Shown one piece after another: positions 9,201-18,571 of a DNA stretch of 64,000 nt. The stretch spans positions 64,001 to 128,000 of the forward strand of contig CAXXVK010000043.1 of assembly GCA_963676915.2 (NCBI GenBank). Reading direction: 5' to 3'. The DNA comes from Myxococcota bacterium (GTDB lineage Bacteria; Myxococcota_A; SURF-8; G963663525). A program made the translations under genes and the position numbers. The notes under the pieces are model-generated. The model saw only the letters and a program-made list of their open reading frames with translations. It did not search any database and had not been told where the DNA came from. The first letter of the stretch is position 1; every line of letters starts with the position of its first letter.

Positions 9201-11582
9201 TTAATCGACGGCCTGGTCGGTGTAGTAAGGAGTCGTGGTGCACCAGCAGCCCAGTTCGGTGGGCAGCCAGGTCATCGGCTCGCCGGTGTCACAGGCGTTC
9301 TGATCGTTGCAAGGCGCGATGCAGAAGGACACCATGCACATACCGTAATCGGTATCGCAGTAGCCGTTGGCTCCGCCACCATCGTTCGGCCAGGTGCCCT
9401 GGCAGGCGGTGCTTTCGGTGCAGGTCTGGTAGTCGCCGTCGTCGAGCAGGTTCAGCTCGGCGCATTGCATACCCGTAGCGCAGGCCGGGATCGTGTCGTC
9501 ACCGTAGGCGCATTGGGCACCCAAAGCGGCGGTTCCGGCGGGAGCGGCCAGCCCGGAGTCGCTAGGCAGGCAGTAGCAGGCTTCGGTACCCATCAGGTGG
9601 CCCTGACCGGCTTCGCAGGTACCCAGACCGTTGCAGAAGTCCACGCAAGCGGAGTAGGCGCAGAAACCATCGGTTCCGCCATCGGGAATGTTGCATTTGC
9701 TGTTGGCGCCGTAAGCGGTGACGCATTCGGCGTCGGCGGTGCAGGCGGTTTCCGTGGCGGCTTTACCGGCACAGATCAGGCTGTCGGCGCAGAATTCGCC
9801 GTCCCACAGGCCGTTGGCATCGTACATGCCGAGCTGGCAGGTTTCGCCGAGCTGCTTGGTTCCGTCGGGAACATCGGCCATCGGGTAGGGAGCGCAGAAG
9901 CAGCTACCGGAGATGGTGATCGGCCATTGACCGGCTTCTTCGCAGGCGTCGTTGACGCATTCGCTGACGCAGTAGCTGCCGCGGCAGGTGCCGTCGAAGC
10001 AAATGGCGCCGGGAATGTTGGTGTTTTCGATGCACGCCGCATCGTCGAGGCAAGGAAGCGTTTCGGCGACGGTGGAATGGATGCAGGAGCCATCTTCATT
10101 ACAGAACATGTCGTCGTAGGCTGCGTCATACGTGTACTTACAGGCTTCACCGACTCCCTGTTCGCCAACGGGGGTTCCGAAGGGCCAGGGGGCGCACCAG
10201 CAGGTGGTGGGCATGGAAGTGTCAGAGTATCCGATGTCATAGGTGGACTCTCCGTTCGGGCCGGTGATGGCGGAGCAGTCGCAGTTGTCTTCAGCGTCCA
10301 GCGTGGCGCGGGTGGTGCAGAAGGACAGGCGGCAGTAGCCGTCCAGGCAGACGGAGTTCGGACCGAGCATACTTACGCAATCTTCGTCGGCGCTTGCATC
10401 GGTATCGTCGCAGGCCAGTTCTGCCATCTCGCGGTAGGACAAGCAGTCGGCGCCTTCTTCACACCACTGGTTTTCGAAGTAGGTGGTGGTTCCGGAGTCG
10501 AATTCGCAGACTTCACCAGGCTTCTGGTCGCCGGTGCACTGGAAGTAGTTGGGGCTGCAGAAGCAAACCGTTCCGCCCTGGCCATCGCCGATTTCGCCCT
10601 TGCACAGTCCTTCGGGGCAGGTGTCATCGGTGTTACAGGGAGAGGCACAGAAAGCCATCGCGCAGTAGCCGCCGACGGACCAGTCGCAGTAGCCGTTTTC
10701 GCCATAGCCTTTTTCCATGCAATCTTCATTGGTGTTGCATTTGGAATCGGCGTCGGTTGCGTCGGCGGTAATTCCCAAGCATTCAGCTCCGGCTTCGCAG
10801 GAACGTCCCGGCCATACGGTAGCGCTACCCATAGGACCGAAAGCGCAGGGGCCACCCGCAGGATTGGGTTCGTGAGCGTCACAGTTGTCACCGGTGTCGG
10901 TGGGGCACTGTTTGCCACTCATGAGAGTGCACAGGCCGCCGATGCATTCGAAGCCGCCACCACAGTCGGTGTCTTCGGTGCAGGTTGCGGTGCAGATGCC
11001 GTACTCGCCGTTCTGCCAGACACATTCATCGGTGCCGCTGCAGGGGTCGCTTTCGTGGCAGCATTCGCAAGCGATGTCTTCGCAGGTAGGGTTCGAAGCA
11101 TCGGTAAGATCGCAGAACTGGAAGGCGTTGCAGGCCGGGTTGCAATCAACACCTTCACCGTCATCATCGGGGTCTTCATTACAACTATTATAACCATCCT
11201 GGCATTGTTTACCCGGAGCCAACGCACATTCACCGGCGCTGCATACAAAGCCGCCAGCGCAGTCGCCATCATCCTGGCACAGTCCGACGCACATTCCGTT
11301 GACACAAGACGTGTTGTCACCGCAAGGGAAGTCTTCGGCACAGCACTCACAAACAATGTTCTGACAGGTTTCGTTTGCGTCGCAGTACTGGTTGGTCAGG
11401 CAGCTATCGCAGGGTGAGACAGGGCTGTCGTTGTTGGAGTCGTCATCCGGATTTACGTTGCTATCCGTATCTCCATCGTTGTTGTTGTTATTGTCGTCGT
11501 TGCTGTCATCGGAAGATAGACAAGCTTGCATGGTAAACGTCAGACAAAACAACAGTAAAAATGCCAAGAATTTCCTCTTCAT
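9201..11582 (-). CDS. Cys-rich repeat lipoprotein of unknown function
   Basis: AGGAGG RBS, 'MKRKFLAFLLLFCLTFTMQAC' lipoprotein signal, D/N linker, two CECC modules, then about five 'G..C..C..D..C..S.C' modules. Confidence 0.85.
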   Translation of the reverse strand: MKRKFLAFLLLFCLTFTMQACLSSDDSNDDNNNNNDGDTDSNVNPDDDSNNDSPVSPCDSCLTNQYCDANETCQNIVCECCAEDFPCGDNTSCVNGMCVGLCQDDGDCAGGFVCSAGECALAPGKQCQDGYNSCNEDPDDDGEGVDCNPACNAFQFCDLTDASNPTCEDIACECCHESDPCSGTDECVWQNGEYGICTATCTEDTDCGGGFECIGGLCTLMSGKQCPTDTGDNCDAHEPNPAGGPCAFGPMGSATVWPGRSCEAGAECLGITADATDADSKCNTNEDCMEKGYGENGYCDWSVGGYCAMAFCASPCNTDDTCPEGLCKGEIGDGQGGTVCFCSPNYFQCTGDQKPGEVCEFDSGTTTYFENQWCEEGADCLSYREMAELACDDTDASADEDCVSMLGPNSVCLDGYCRLSFCTTRATLDAEDNCDCSAITGPNGESTYDIGYSDTSMPTTCWCAPWPFGTPVGEQGVGEACKYTYDAAYDDMFCNEDGSCIHSTVAETLPCLDDAACIENTNIPGAICFDGTCRGSYCVSECVNDACEEAGQWPITISGSCFCAPYPMADVPDGTKQLGETCQLGMYDANGLWDGEFCADSLICAGKAATETACTADAECVTAYGANSKCNIPDGGTDGFCAYSACVDFCNGLGTCEAGQGHLMGTEACYCLPSDSGLAAPAGTAALGAQCAYGDDTIPACATGMQCAELNLLDDGDYQTCTESTACQGTWPNDGGGANGYCDTDYGMCMVSFCIAPCNDQNACDTGEPMTWLPTELGCWCTTTPYYTDQAVD

Positions 11583-11661
11583 TCCGTTTCCTCCTGTGTC
11601 TAGGTAAATCATTCCCGTCGGGCTGTCCTTCGGGATATCCATCGTCGTGAAAAACAGACGG

Positions 11662-11690
11662 AGATTAGCTTTCCCATTAAACCAAGTCAA
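11662..11690 (-). promoter_or_regulatory. Candidate sigma70 promoter
   Basis: TTGACT-17 nt-TAATCT on the minus strand. Confidence 0.5.
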
Positions 11691-12070
11691 GAAATTGGTG
11701 AAATTTCAATGAATTAATGCGTATAACGAACGCCTTGTCCCATACTGGGAAAAGGGATCGAAACGTGGGCGCGTGGCGAGAATAAAAAACCTTGACTCCC
11801 TGACTCAACATCAACATGCTAAAGATTGTTGGAATAACTGTCAAGTCAAATCGGTCTATACGTTATAGACGGTTTGGCTCGAAGGAACGATTCGAGCGTT
11901 TGACGTTGGAAAAACCGAGAAGTTGCCTTTGCTTTCGAATCTGAAGCGAAACGACAAAGACTCGTTGCTTAAGTCGTTGAAATCAGAGATGAAACGGTTT
12001 TTCTGATGGAGAAAATTGTTGAAGGGTAGCTTTCCAAGGAAAGACATTAGTAGCTAAAGGAGATATCCAG

Positions 12071-12559
12071 ATGAGTCGTAAATCCCTGTTGATTCTTGCT
12101 TTTGTGATGGTATGTGCGGTGGCGCTTTTTGCGGTTTCCGCCGGGGAAAGTGTCGCACAGCCTGCCGCGCCTTCCGACGATGCCGGTGTTTCGGACGACC
12201 CCTACGATGAAAAAGAAGGTGGAATCGACTACGAAGAAGAGGAAAAACCCATCGAATTGACCAAGGGAGAAATTCTCAAGGTCATCAACGGGCGCAACGG
12301 TATCAAAGCCTGCTACGAAAAAGAACTACAGACCGATCACAGTCTCAAGGGGCGCGTGGTGGTCAATTTCACCATCGAAGTGAATGGCACCGTTACCGGA
12401 GCGAAGGCCGTTCGTCGTGCGACCAAAATGAAAAACAAGAAAGTCGTCGATTGCGTAGTGGAGCAAGTGGCTTTGTTGCGCTTCCCGGAACGCGTGAAGG
12501 GACCGCGTCAGGAAATCAATTTCCCCTTCAAGTTCGAGCCGGAAAAAGAAAAGAAATAA
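12071..12559 (+). CDS. AgmX/PglI C-terminal (TonB-C-like, GltG/GltJ-type) domain protein, secreted
   Basis: 'IKACYEKEL..LKGRVVVNFTI..G.V..VVDCV..LRFP..INFPFKF' plus signal peptide. Confidence 0.85.
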   Translation: MSRKSLLILAFVMVCAVALFAVSAGESVAQPAAPSDDAGVSDDPYDEKEGGIDYEEEEKPIELTKGEILKVINGRNGIKACYEKELQTDHSLKGRVVVNFTIEVNGTVTGAKAVRRATKMKNKKVVDCVVEQVALLRFPERVKGPRQEINFPFKFEPEKEKK

Positions 12560-12640
12560 TTTCAATACGATACATCTTTCCGTCGGGAATTCGACTCCGA
12601 CGGAAAGAGAAAAATCGCCAGTCGGGGAAGGAGCGAGAGC

Positions 12641-13147
12641 ATGGGAACGCGATGGGTACTCGGGTTGTTCCTCGGGATGGTGATTGCCTTGGCGGCGTGT
12701 TCCAGCCGGGAAGAAGCTCCGGCGACAAAGGCACGTCGTCCCCTTTCCATCGATCCTGCCTCGTTTGCCGCCAAAACTCCGAAAGCTTCGAAAAAAGCGG
12801 TCGATCCTGCGAAAAAGTGGCTCGAATTCGATCCGAAGGCGCTGAAAATGTCGTCGGGACTCGATCCTGAAGTCTTTCGTCGGGTAGTCAACAAACGAAA
12901 CAGTACACTAAAGGTGTGTTATCGTCAGGCTCTGGCGGACAATCCAGCCGCTTCCGGCGATATCAGGCTGAAGATCGACATCACCCCCACGGGGCGGGTA
13001 TCGTCTGCCGAAGTGCTTGAAAACACTCTTGGTCATCAGGGCGCGACCGATTGCCTGCTGCGTACCGTTCGACGTCTGCGTTTCCCCATGCCCGAAGGAA
13101 AAGCTCTAAAGGTAGAGATCGAATATCCTTTCCATTTCGTTCCATAA
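12641..13147 (+). CDS. AgmX/PglI C-terminal domain lipoprotein
   Basis: Lipobox 'LAAC', 'LKVCYRQAL..NP..SGDI..ITPTGRV..DCL..LRFPMP..IEYPFHF'. Confidence 0.85.
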   Translation: MGTRWVLGLFLGMVIALAACSSREEAPATKARRPLSIDPASFAAKTPKASKKAVDPAKKWLEFDPKALKMSSGLDPEVFRRVVNKRNSTLKVCYRQALADNPAASGDIRLKIDITPTGRVSSAEVLENTLGHQGATDCLLRTVRRLRFPMPEGKALKVEIEYPFHFVP

Positions 13148-13160
13148 AGGAGAGACGGCG

Positions 13161-14570
13161 ATGTGGCGTAACTTATTGCTATGGCTGCCGTTGCTCCTGA
13201 TCTTTCCGGCAAGCGCGCAGGCGGCCAAAAATTCGATTTACCTGTTTCCCGTTCAGGTGGTTGGCGGAAGCGGCAACGAAGGAGCCTTGGAATACGCCGA
13301 CAACATGTGCAAAGAGGAAATGGCGGCGTACATCTGGCTCGATGTGGCTCACAAAGACAATCTCATCGAAAAATATGGGGAATCCGCCCGAAAACTGCTG
13401 GAATGTTCGAGCGTCCAATGCGCCAAGCCGTACCTGAGTCGTTTGGCGATCAAGCGGGCGGTGCGTATCGAGGCGAAACCGACGAAAAAGGGTATCGAGG
13501 TTGAAGGAAAAATCCTCGCAGCCTCGGGAGCGGAACTCCACAAAGTCAAAAAACTTGAACGTGGTGGCGTTTCGGATATGCCGTACATGATGATCGGTAT
13601 CATTGAAAAGCTATTCAAGGCCGAATTCAATAAATACGGAAAATCTCTGACCCGTGTGCTGGATATGGACACCACGGTAACTTCCGACGATGCCGACCGT
13701 TTTCTGTCCTTGGGGGATGAATCTCTGGATGCCGGGATGTTCGACATTGCTGTGGAGCACTACCAGGAAGCGTTGAAAAGCAATAGTGGATTGGTGGCGG
13801 CGCATATCGGTATGGGAAGGGCGCTTTTGGCGCTCGATAAACCCGGAGAAGCGCTGCTTTGCGTGAACAAAGCCCGTCATTTCGATAAGAAACTGGCGTG
13901 GGCTTCGTTGCTGGAAGCCCAGATTCATTTGGTTCGCGGCCAAGCCGTCAAGGCGATTTCCTCGGCACGAAAAGCCATTTCTCAGTCTCCCCGGTGGATC
14001 GATGCCCACCGGTTTTTAGGGCAAGCGCTGGTTGCCGAAGGACGTTTCGATGAGGCAAAGCAAGCTCTTGAAAAAGCTAAGGAAATCGATCCAGAGGACG
14101 TACGGACTCAAGAAATGCTCGCGCAGTTGAGCTCTCCTGCCGACGCTTCGGAGGGGGGGGCTTCGGGAGGTTCTGATCTGCCCAATGATCCCGAAACGCT
14201 GGTCAATCTGGCCAAGGGATTCGAGAAGAAAAAAGAATGGAAGAAGGCCGAGGATGTGTACGCCTATCTCGTAACCCTGATGGATCGCTGTGCCCCATGT
14301 TGGTACAATCTGGGCTTTGTGCGAGAAGAAGACAAGAATTTCGAAGGAGCGCTGGAAGCCTACGAGAAGGCGGTGGAATACGACCCCGAACTTCCCGATG
14401 CATTGTTCGCGGCGGGAATGGCGGCCTGGAACCTGAAAGATCTGCGGACGGCCGAAGATTACCTCGTGGATTATGTCGAAAAAGAAAAACGGAATCAAAA
14501 CAAGGATTTGATTCAAACGGCAACCAATATACTAAAGAAAATTCAAAGCGAAGAACCATCCGATCTGTAG
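13161..14570 (+). CDS. Secreted tetratricopeptide repeat protein
   Basis: Signal peptide 'ASAQA' and multiple TPR motifs (e.g. 'WYNLGFV..FEGALEAYEKAVEYDP'). Confidence 0.85.
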   Translation: MWRNLLLWLPLLLIFPASAQAAKNSIYLFPVQVVGGSGNEGALEYADNMCKEEMAAYIWLDVAHKDNLIEKYGESARKLLECSSVQCAKPYLSRLAIKRAVRIEAKPTKKGIEVEGKILAASGAELHKVKKLERGGVSDMPYMMIGIIEKLFKAEFNKYGKSLTRVLDMDTTVTSDDADRFLSLGDESLDAGMFDIAVEHYQEALKSNSGLVAAHIGMGRALLALDKPGEALLCVNKARHFDKKLAWASLLEAQIHLVRGQAVKAISSARKAISQSPRWIDAHRFLGQALVAEGRFDEAKQALEKAKEIDPEDVRTQEMLAQLSSPADASEGGASGGSDLPNDPETLVNLAKGFEKKKEWKKAEDVYAYLVTLMDRCAPCWYNLGFVREEDKNFEGALEAYEKAVEYDPELPDALFAAGMAAWNLKDLRTAEDYLVDYVEKEKRNQNKDLIQTATNILKKIQSEEPSDL

Positions 14571-14582
14571 CCAACTTCGGAA

Positions 14583-15071
14583 GTGAGTGATATTATGGAG
14601 CTTTCTCCAGCCCAACGTGACGCCGTAACGATTCTTTTGGAAGACCTCTGGCAGGAACTGGGAACCAAAATTCGTCGGAAAACCCGTTTGTTGACTGATG
14701 ATTCCCTTCAGCTTTCCAGTCTTTCCGCACGTCGTCTGGTGGAAAAATCCCTGGAAGAAGACTTGTTGCGAACGGGAGAAAACGTCAACGGTCCGATGAC
14801 CTCTTGGGAGGTGTATGAAGTGTTCCGGGGGCGTTTGTTGGGTGCCAGACCGATTCAGACCGCCGAAGACGTGTATTATCTGAGTTGGCCGGTTACGGAA
14901 ATCGCCGAGTTGGAAAAGCGGATGATGACGATTCATTCCTACGCCCACCGTCTCAAGCATGGCGGTCTCGAAGCCCTCACCGGCGAACTTCCCGGCGTGA
15001 TGGCGATCATGCTGCGTGTCGCCGAAATCTGCTATGCCCTGCGTGAGAAGTGGAAAAAGAAAATAGCATGA
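14583..15071 (+). CDS. Hypothetical protein
   Basis: 162-aa ORF filling the operon gap; its stop overlaps the addA-like start (ATGA). Confidence 0.65.
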   Translation: MSDIMELSPAQRDAVTILLEDLWQELGTKIRRKTRLLTDDSLQLSSLSARRLVEKSLEEDLLRTGENVNGPMTSWEVYEVFRGRLLGARPIQTAEDVYYLSWPVTEIAELEKRMMTIHSYAHRLKHGGLEALTGELPGVMAIMLRVAEICYALREKWKKKIA

Positions 15072-18000
15072 AAAATCAGGGAAAATCGGGTGCCTGGCGC
15101 TGGACCGACGACCAGCAGGCGCTGTTTGATTTTCCCCGCGATACCTTGGTTTCCGCCTCGGCAGGCACGGGAAAAACCACGGCGCTCGTCGAATTGTGTG
15201 TGCGTCTTGTGGAAGGTCACGACGGTGCCGAGCCGGTGCCGCTGGACCGGATTCTCGCCATTACCTTCACCAACAAAGCCGCTGCCGAAATGGTCGAACG
15301 GCTGATGCGCAAGCTGTCCGACCGGTTGGACGATCCGGTTTGGAAGCACGCCGGGGAGTGCTGGTTCCATACATTTCACAGCCTTGGGGTTCGTATCATT
15401 TCCGAACATGCATTGGAACTCGGATTGCCCCCTGATTTCGAGGTGTTGCCGCAGGAAGACGCCGCCGTACTTCGGCACGAGACGGTGGAAGACGTATTGC
15501 GGGACGCCCTGATCGCCGACGATCCTACGGTGCTGCGGCTGGTTTCTGCCGCGCACTGGAAGGAAGTGGTTCAATGGGTGAAAAACCTGATGCCGCTACC
15601 CGATGAGGAGACGGACGAAAACCCCTCAAAAATACTGGCGAAACTGGAGCGTGAGTTCGAGCGTTTGAAAAACGACCAGCGCGAGCGCATCGAGGATATC
15701 AAAGATGCGTTGGCAAGTTCGAAAATGTCCGATTTGCAGCGCAATAAACTGACAAGTTTTCTTCATTTGCTTCCCGGTCCCGATCTTTTCGATTTCCAAG
15801 ATGACGCCGAAACGGGGCTTGCGCAGTTCGATAAAGCCTTGGATGCCTACGCGCAGCATTCCCGTTGGCCGCGACCTATAGGGGCTTTGCGCAAGGAATT
15901 GATGGAATTGCTCGAACGTCAGCGCTCGGTGTTCGCCGAAAAACTTGCTTTGCCCGATTTGCGACGCATGAAGCGGCTTGCCGCCGAAGCGAGACAACGA
16001 TATGCCGAAAAAAAGAGGAGGCGAGGGGGGATCGATTTCGACGATATGATGTCCATGCCGTTGAAATTGCTGGAGAATCATCCCAATCTGCGTTCGTATT
16101 GGCAAAATCGTTTCGACGTGATTCTTGTAGACGAGTTTCAGGATACCAACGAGCGGCAACTCGATTTTGTCGAATGGTTGAGCCACCCCGGCGATTCCGA
16201 ACGTTCGGCTACACGATGTCTTTACGTTGGGGACCGCAAACAATCCATTTACGCTTTTCGTGGTGCGGACGTTTCGGTGATGCGTGGTGTCGAGGAGAGG
16301 TTTTCCAAGGAAAATTCGGGACGTATCGTGCCTCTGCGCGACAACTTTCGCTCGTCTCCGGCGCTGATCGACCTGTTCAACGGAATTTTTCCCACCGTGC
16401 TTTCCGGTGGCGACGAAGATTGGGACGTGGGATACGACCACAAGGACGATCTGAACGCCGGTCGGCCCGAAAATCCCGAAGGAGAGAACGGTCCGCAGGC
16501 CGAATTGAATTTGATCGCCTTCGAGGGTTCCGCTGCCGAAGCGCGGGAGGTCGAAGCTCGCGAAATGGCGGCTCGTATTGCACAAATCGTCGAAGAAGGA
16601 TTGGTTTCCATTCCCGATGGAAAGGGCGGTTTGCGTCCCGCTGCTTATGGGGATTTTGCAATCCTGATCCGACGCAACAAGCAAGCGCCCGACTACGAAC
16701 AAGCTCTGCGGGAATACGAAATTCCTTTGTCATTTTCAGGGTCTTACGGGTTTTCAACTCGCCCGGAAGTACTCGATGCGATCCAGCTTCTGACACTTCT
16801 TGTCGATCCGTTCGACTCATTGTCTGCGGTGGGAGTGGCGCGTTCCCCGGCTATAATGATTAGTGACCCGGATCTTGCCCGGCTACAGTTGGCAAATGAA
16901 CATTGGGCTGTGTACCTGGAGACACCCGAGGCTCTTGTATCCCATGCCCGAAAAATCGGCGTTTCCGAGGAAGGTCTGCAGCGTCTCGAAATATTTTCCA
17001 ATGTTTTCAAACTGTTGCGTGAATCCCGTTACCTTCGCTCCGTCCCGGAGTTGTTGGAATCGTTGATCGAACGAAGCGATTTGCTGCTTTTGAGTTCGAG
17101 CGGTTCGGAAGGCACACGCGCCCGTGCCAATCTACGTCGCTTGTTGGATCGCACATGGGCGTTTCATTTGCGAAATCCTGGCTTGTCTCCCGAAGCGTTT
17201 CTTCGCTTATGGAAAAGGGATCTGGAATTTCAAAGCCGGGACGCCGAAGCCTCGCCGGATCTTTCCACCGATGCCGTCAAACTGATGACCGTGCATCAGG
17301 CCAAAGGATTGGAATTCCCTATAGTGATTCTCCCTGGTCTGGCCCAGCATCCTCCGTTTCGTGGGGGGAGGGTGTTTCGGACCGACGATCAGGAGGCGGG
17401 AGTTCAGTACTATGCCGGAGGGGGACGTTTTGAGAAAACGTATAGTTATTTCAGAAGCTTGAAGCTACAGGCGTTGAAGAGCCAGGCCGAGGAAATGCGC
17501 CTGTTTTACGTTGCGTTGACCCGTGCGAAAGAATATCTGGTGTTTTCGGCGACGCGCACTGCCAAGCAGTTGGACAAAGGCCCGTCCAGTGAGTTGGATA
17601 TCCGTCATTGGCTGGATTCCGTATGGCGGTACGCCGAAGACAGCGATGAAATTCTGCTTCAGAAACACGAAGAGGCAAAGTCCTATTCTCCCATAAAAAT
17701 CGAGGATTTCACCGAACCGCCCTGGCGTGTCGGCTCTTCGGAGCCACCCTTTGTTCCGTTGGGGATGGGGACCATCAGCATCAGCCGATTGTCCATGCAC
17801 GATCGCTGTCCTCGGCGCTTTCACCTTCAGCGGCGCATCGACCGTTCGGCGGGACTGTGGCACGGGATTTCTCGTGAGGATTCGCTCCCCGTGACGGACA
17901 CCGGTTCCCAACGACAAGGCTTGTTATTGCACAATGCTCTGGAACGCCTGTCGCTGGATCGTATTCCATCTGGCGATGAGGTAGAGAACCTGTTGAAAAC

Positions 18001-18568
18001 GTTCGGAGATTTCGAAGGAGAAGGCTTTTTTGATCGCGTGAAGATTCTTGGCGCGTTGTTTCGTTCGGAGTGGATGGCTGGGGTTTGTTCTCGTATGGAA
18101 ACCGGCACGAAGGCGTTGCGTGAAGTGTCGATCCTGACGCGCTTCGATTTCCCCTCGGGGCGTTTCGTGCGACTTAAAGGCGTGCTCGATTTGCTGCTGA
18201 TTCACCCGGACGGTACTCGGGAGATTGTCGAATTCAAGTCGGGAAAACCTCGTAAAATCCACGAGTTCCAGTGTAAAACCTATGCTTGTGCAATTCGTCA
18301 GGCCGATTCGAGAATGAAGGTAGAGGCTCGTCTCGTATACCTGGGAAACGACCCCGAAGTCCGAGAACTCCGTATGGGAAATGCTTCGTGTCGCAGCATC
18401 AAAGCGGAGTGGGAAAAACGCTTGCAAGGTATTGAAGAGGAAAAGAGTGCCGGGTGGGAAAGCTGGCGGCACATGCCTGAAACCACCTGTCGAAACGATG
18501 CCTGTTCGTTTCTAGAGGTTTGTTACCCGCCTGTGAAAGAATTCGACCCGCTAAAAGAGTGGTTCTAA
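15068..18568 (+). CDS. addA: UvrD/AddA-like SF1A helicase with C-terminal PD-(D/E)XK nuclease
   Basis: ASAGTGKT, ITFTNKAA, TFHS, DEFQD, VGDRKQSIYAFRGAD, NFRS, MTVHQAKGLEF, LFYVALTRA; nuclease 'GVLDLL..IVEFKSG..Q..Y'. Confidence 0.85.
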   Translation: MKNQGKSGAWRWTDDQQALFDFPRDTLVSASAGTGKTTALVELCVRLVEGHDGAEPVPLDRILAITFTNKAAAEMVERLMRKLSDRLDDPVWKHAGECWFHTFHSLGVRIISEHALELGLPPDFEVLPQEDAAVLRHETVEDVLRDALIADDPTVLRLVSAAHWKEVVQWVKNLMPLPDEETDENPSKILAKLEREFERLKNDQRERIEDIKDALASSKMSDLQRNKLTSFLHLLPGPDLFDFQDDAETGLAQFDKALDAYAQHSRWPRPIGALRKELMELLERQRSVFAEKLALPDLRRMKRLAAEARQRYAEKKRRRGGIDFDDMMSMPLKLLENHPNLRSYWQNRFDVILVDEFQDTNERQLDFVEWLSHPGDSERSATRCLYVGDRKQSIYAFRGADVSVMRGVEERFSKENSGRIVPLRDNFRSSPALIDLFNGIFPTVLSGGDEDWDVGYDHKDDLNAGRPENPEGENGPQAELNLIAFEGSAAEAREVEAREMAARIAQIVEEGLVSIPDGKGGLRPAAYGDFAILIRRNKQAPDYEQALREYEIPLSFSGSYGFSTRPEVLDAIQLLTLLVDPFDSLSAVGVARSPAIMISDPDLARLQLANEHWAVYLETPEALVSHARKIGVSEEGLQRLEIFSNVFKLLRESRYLRSVPELLESLIERSDLLLLSSSGSEGTRARANLRRLLDRTWAFHLRNPGLSPEAFLRLWKRDLEFQSRDAEASPDLSTDAVKLMTVHQAKGLEFPIVILPGLAQHPPFRGGRVFRTDDQEAGVQYYAGGGRFEKTYSYFRSLKLQALKSQAEEMRLFYVALTRAKEYLVFSATRTAKQLDKGPSSELDIRHWLDSVWRYAEDSDEILLQKHEEAKSYSPIKIEDFTEPPWRVGSSEPPFVPLGMGTISISRLSMHDRCPRRFHLQRRIDRSAGLWHGISREDSLPVTDTGSQRQGLLLHNALERLSLDRIPSGDEVENLLKTFGDFEGEGFFDRVKILGALFRSEWMAGVCSRMETGTKALREVSILTRFDFPSGRFVRLKGVLDLLLIHPDGTREIVEFKSGKPRKIHEFQCKTYACAIRQADSRMKVEARLVYLGNDPEVRELRMGNASCRSIKAEWEKRLQGIEEEKSAGWESWRHMPETTCRNDACSFLEVCYPPVKEFDPLKEWF

Positions 18569-18571
18569 GCG

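Noticed and set aside
11055-11069. CxxCH heme-binding motif (CECCH)
   Set aside because: Single chance match in a Cys-rich repeat; the sister repeat reads CECCA.
9465-11417. 650-aa antisense ORF, and similar ones at 34164-36263 and 36521-38104
   Set aside because: Ala/Val/Gly-rich mirror translations of the real genes on the opposite strand.
14153-14160. G8 tract in the TPR gene as a phase-variation site
   Set aside because: The gene is in frame and the tract encodes a Gly linker; no evidence of switching.
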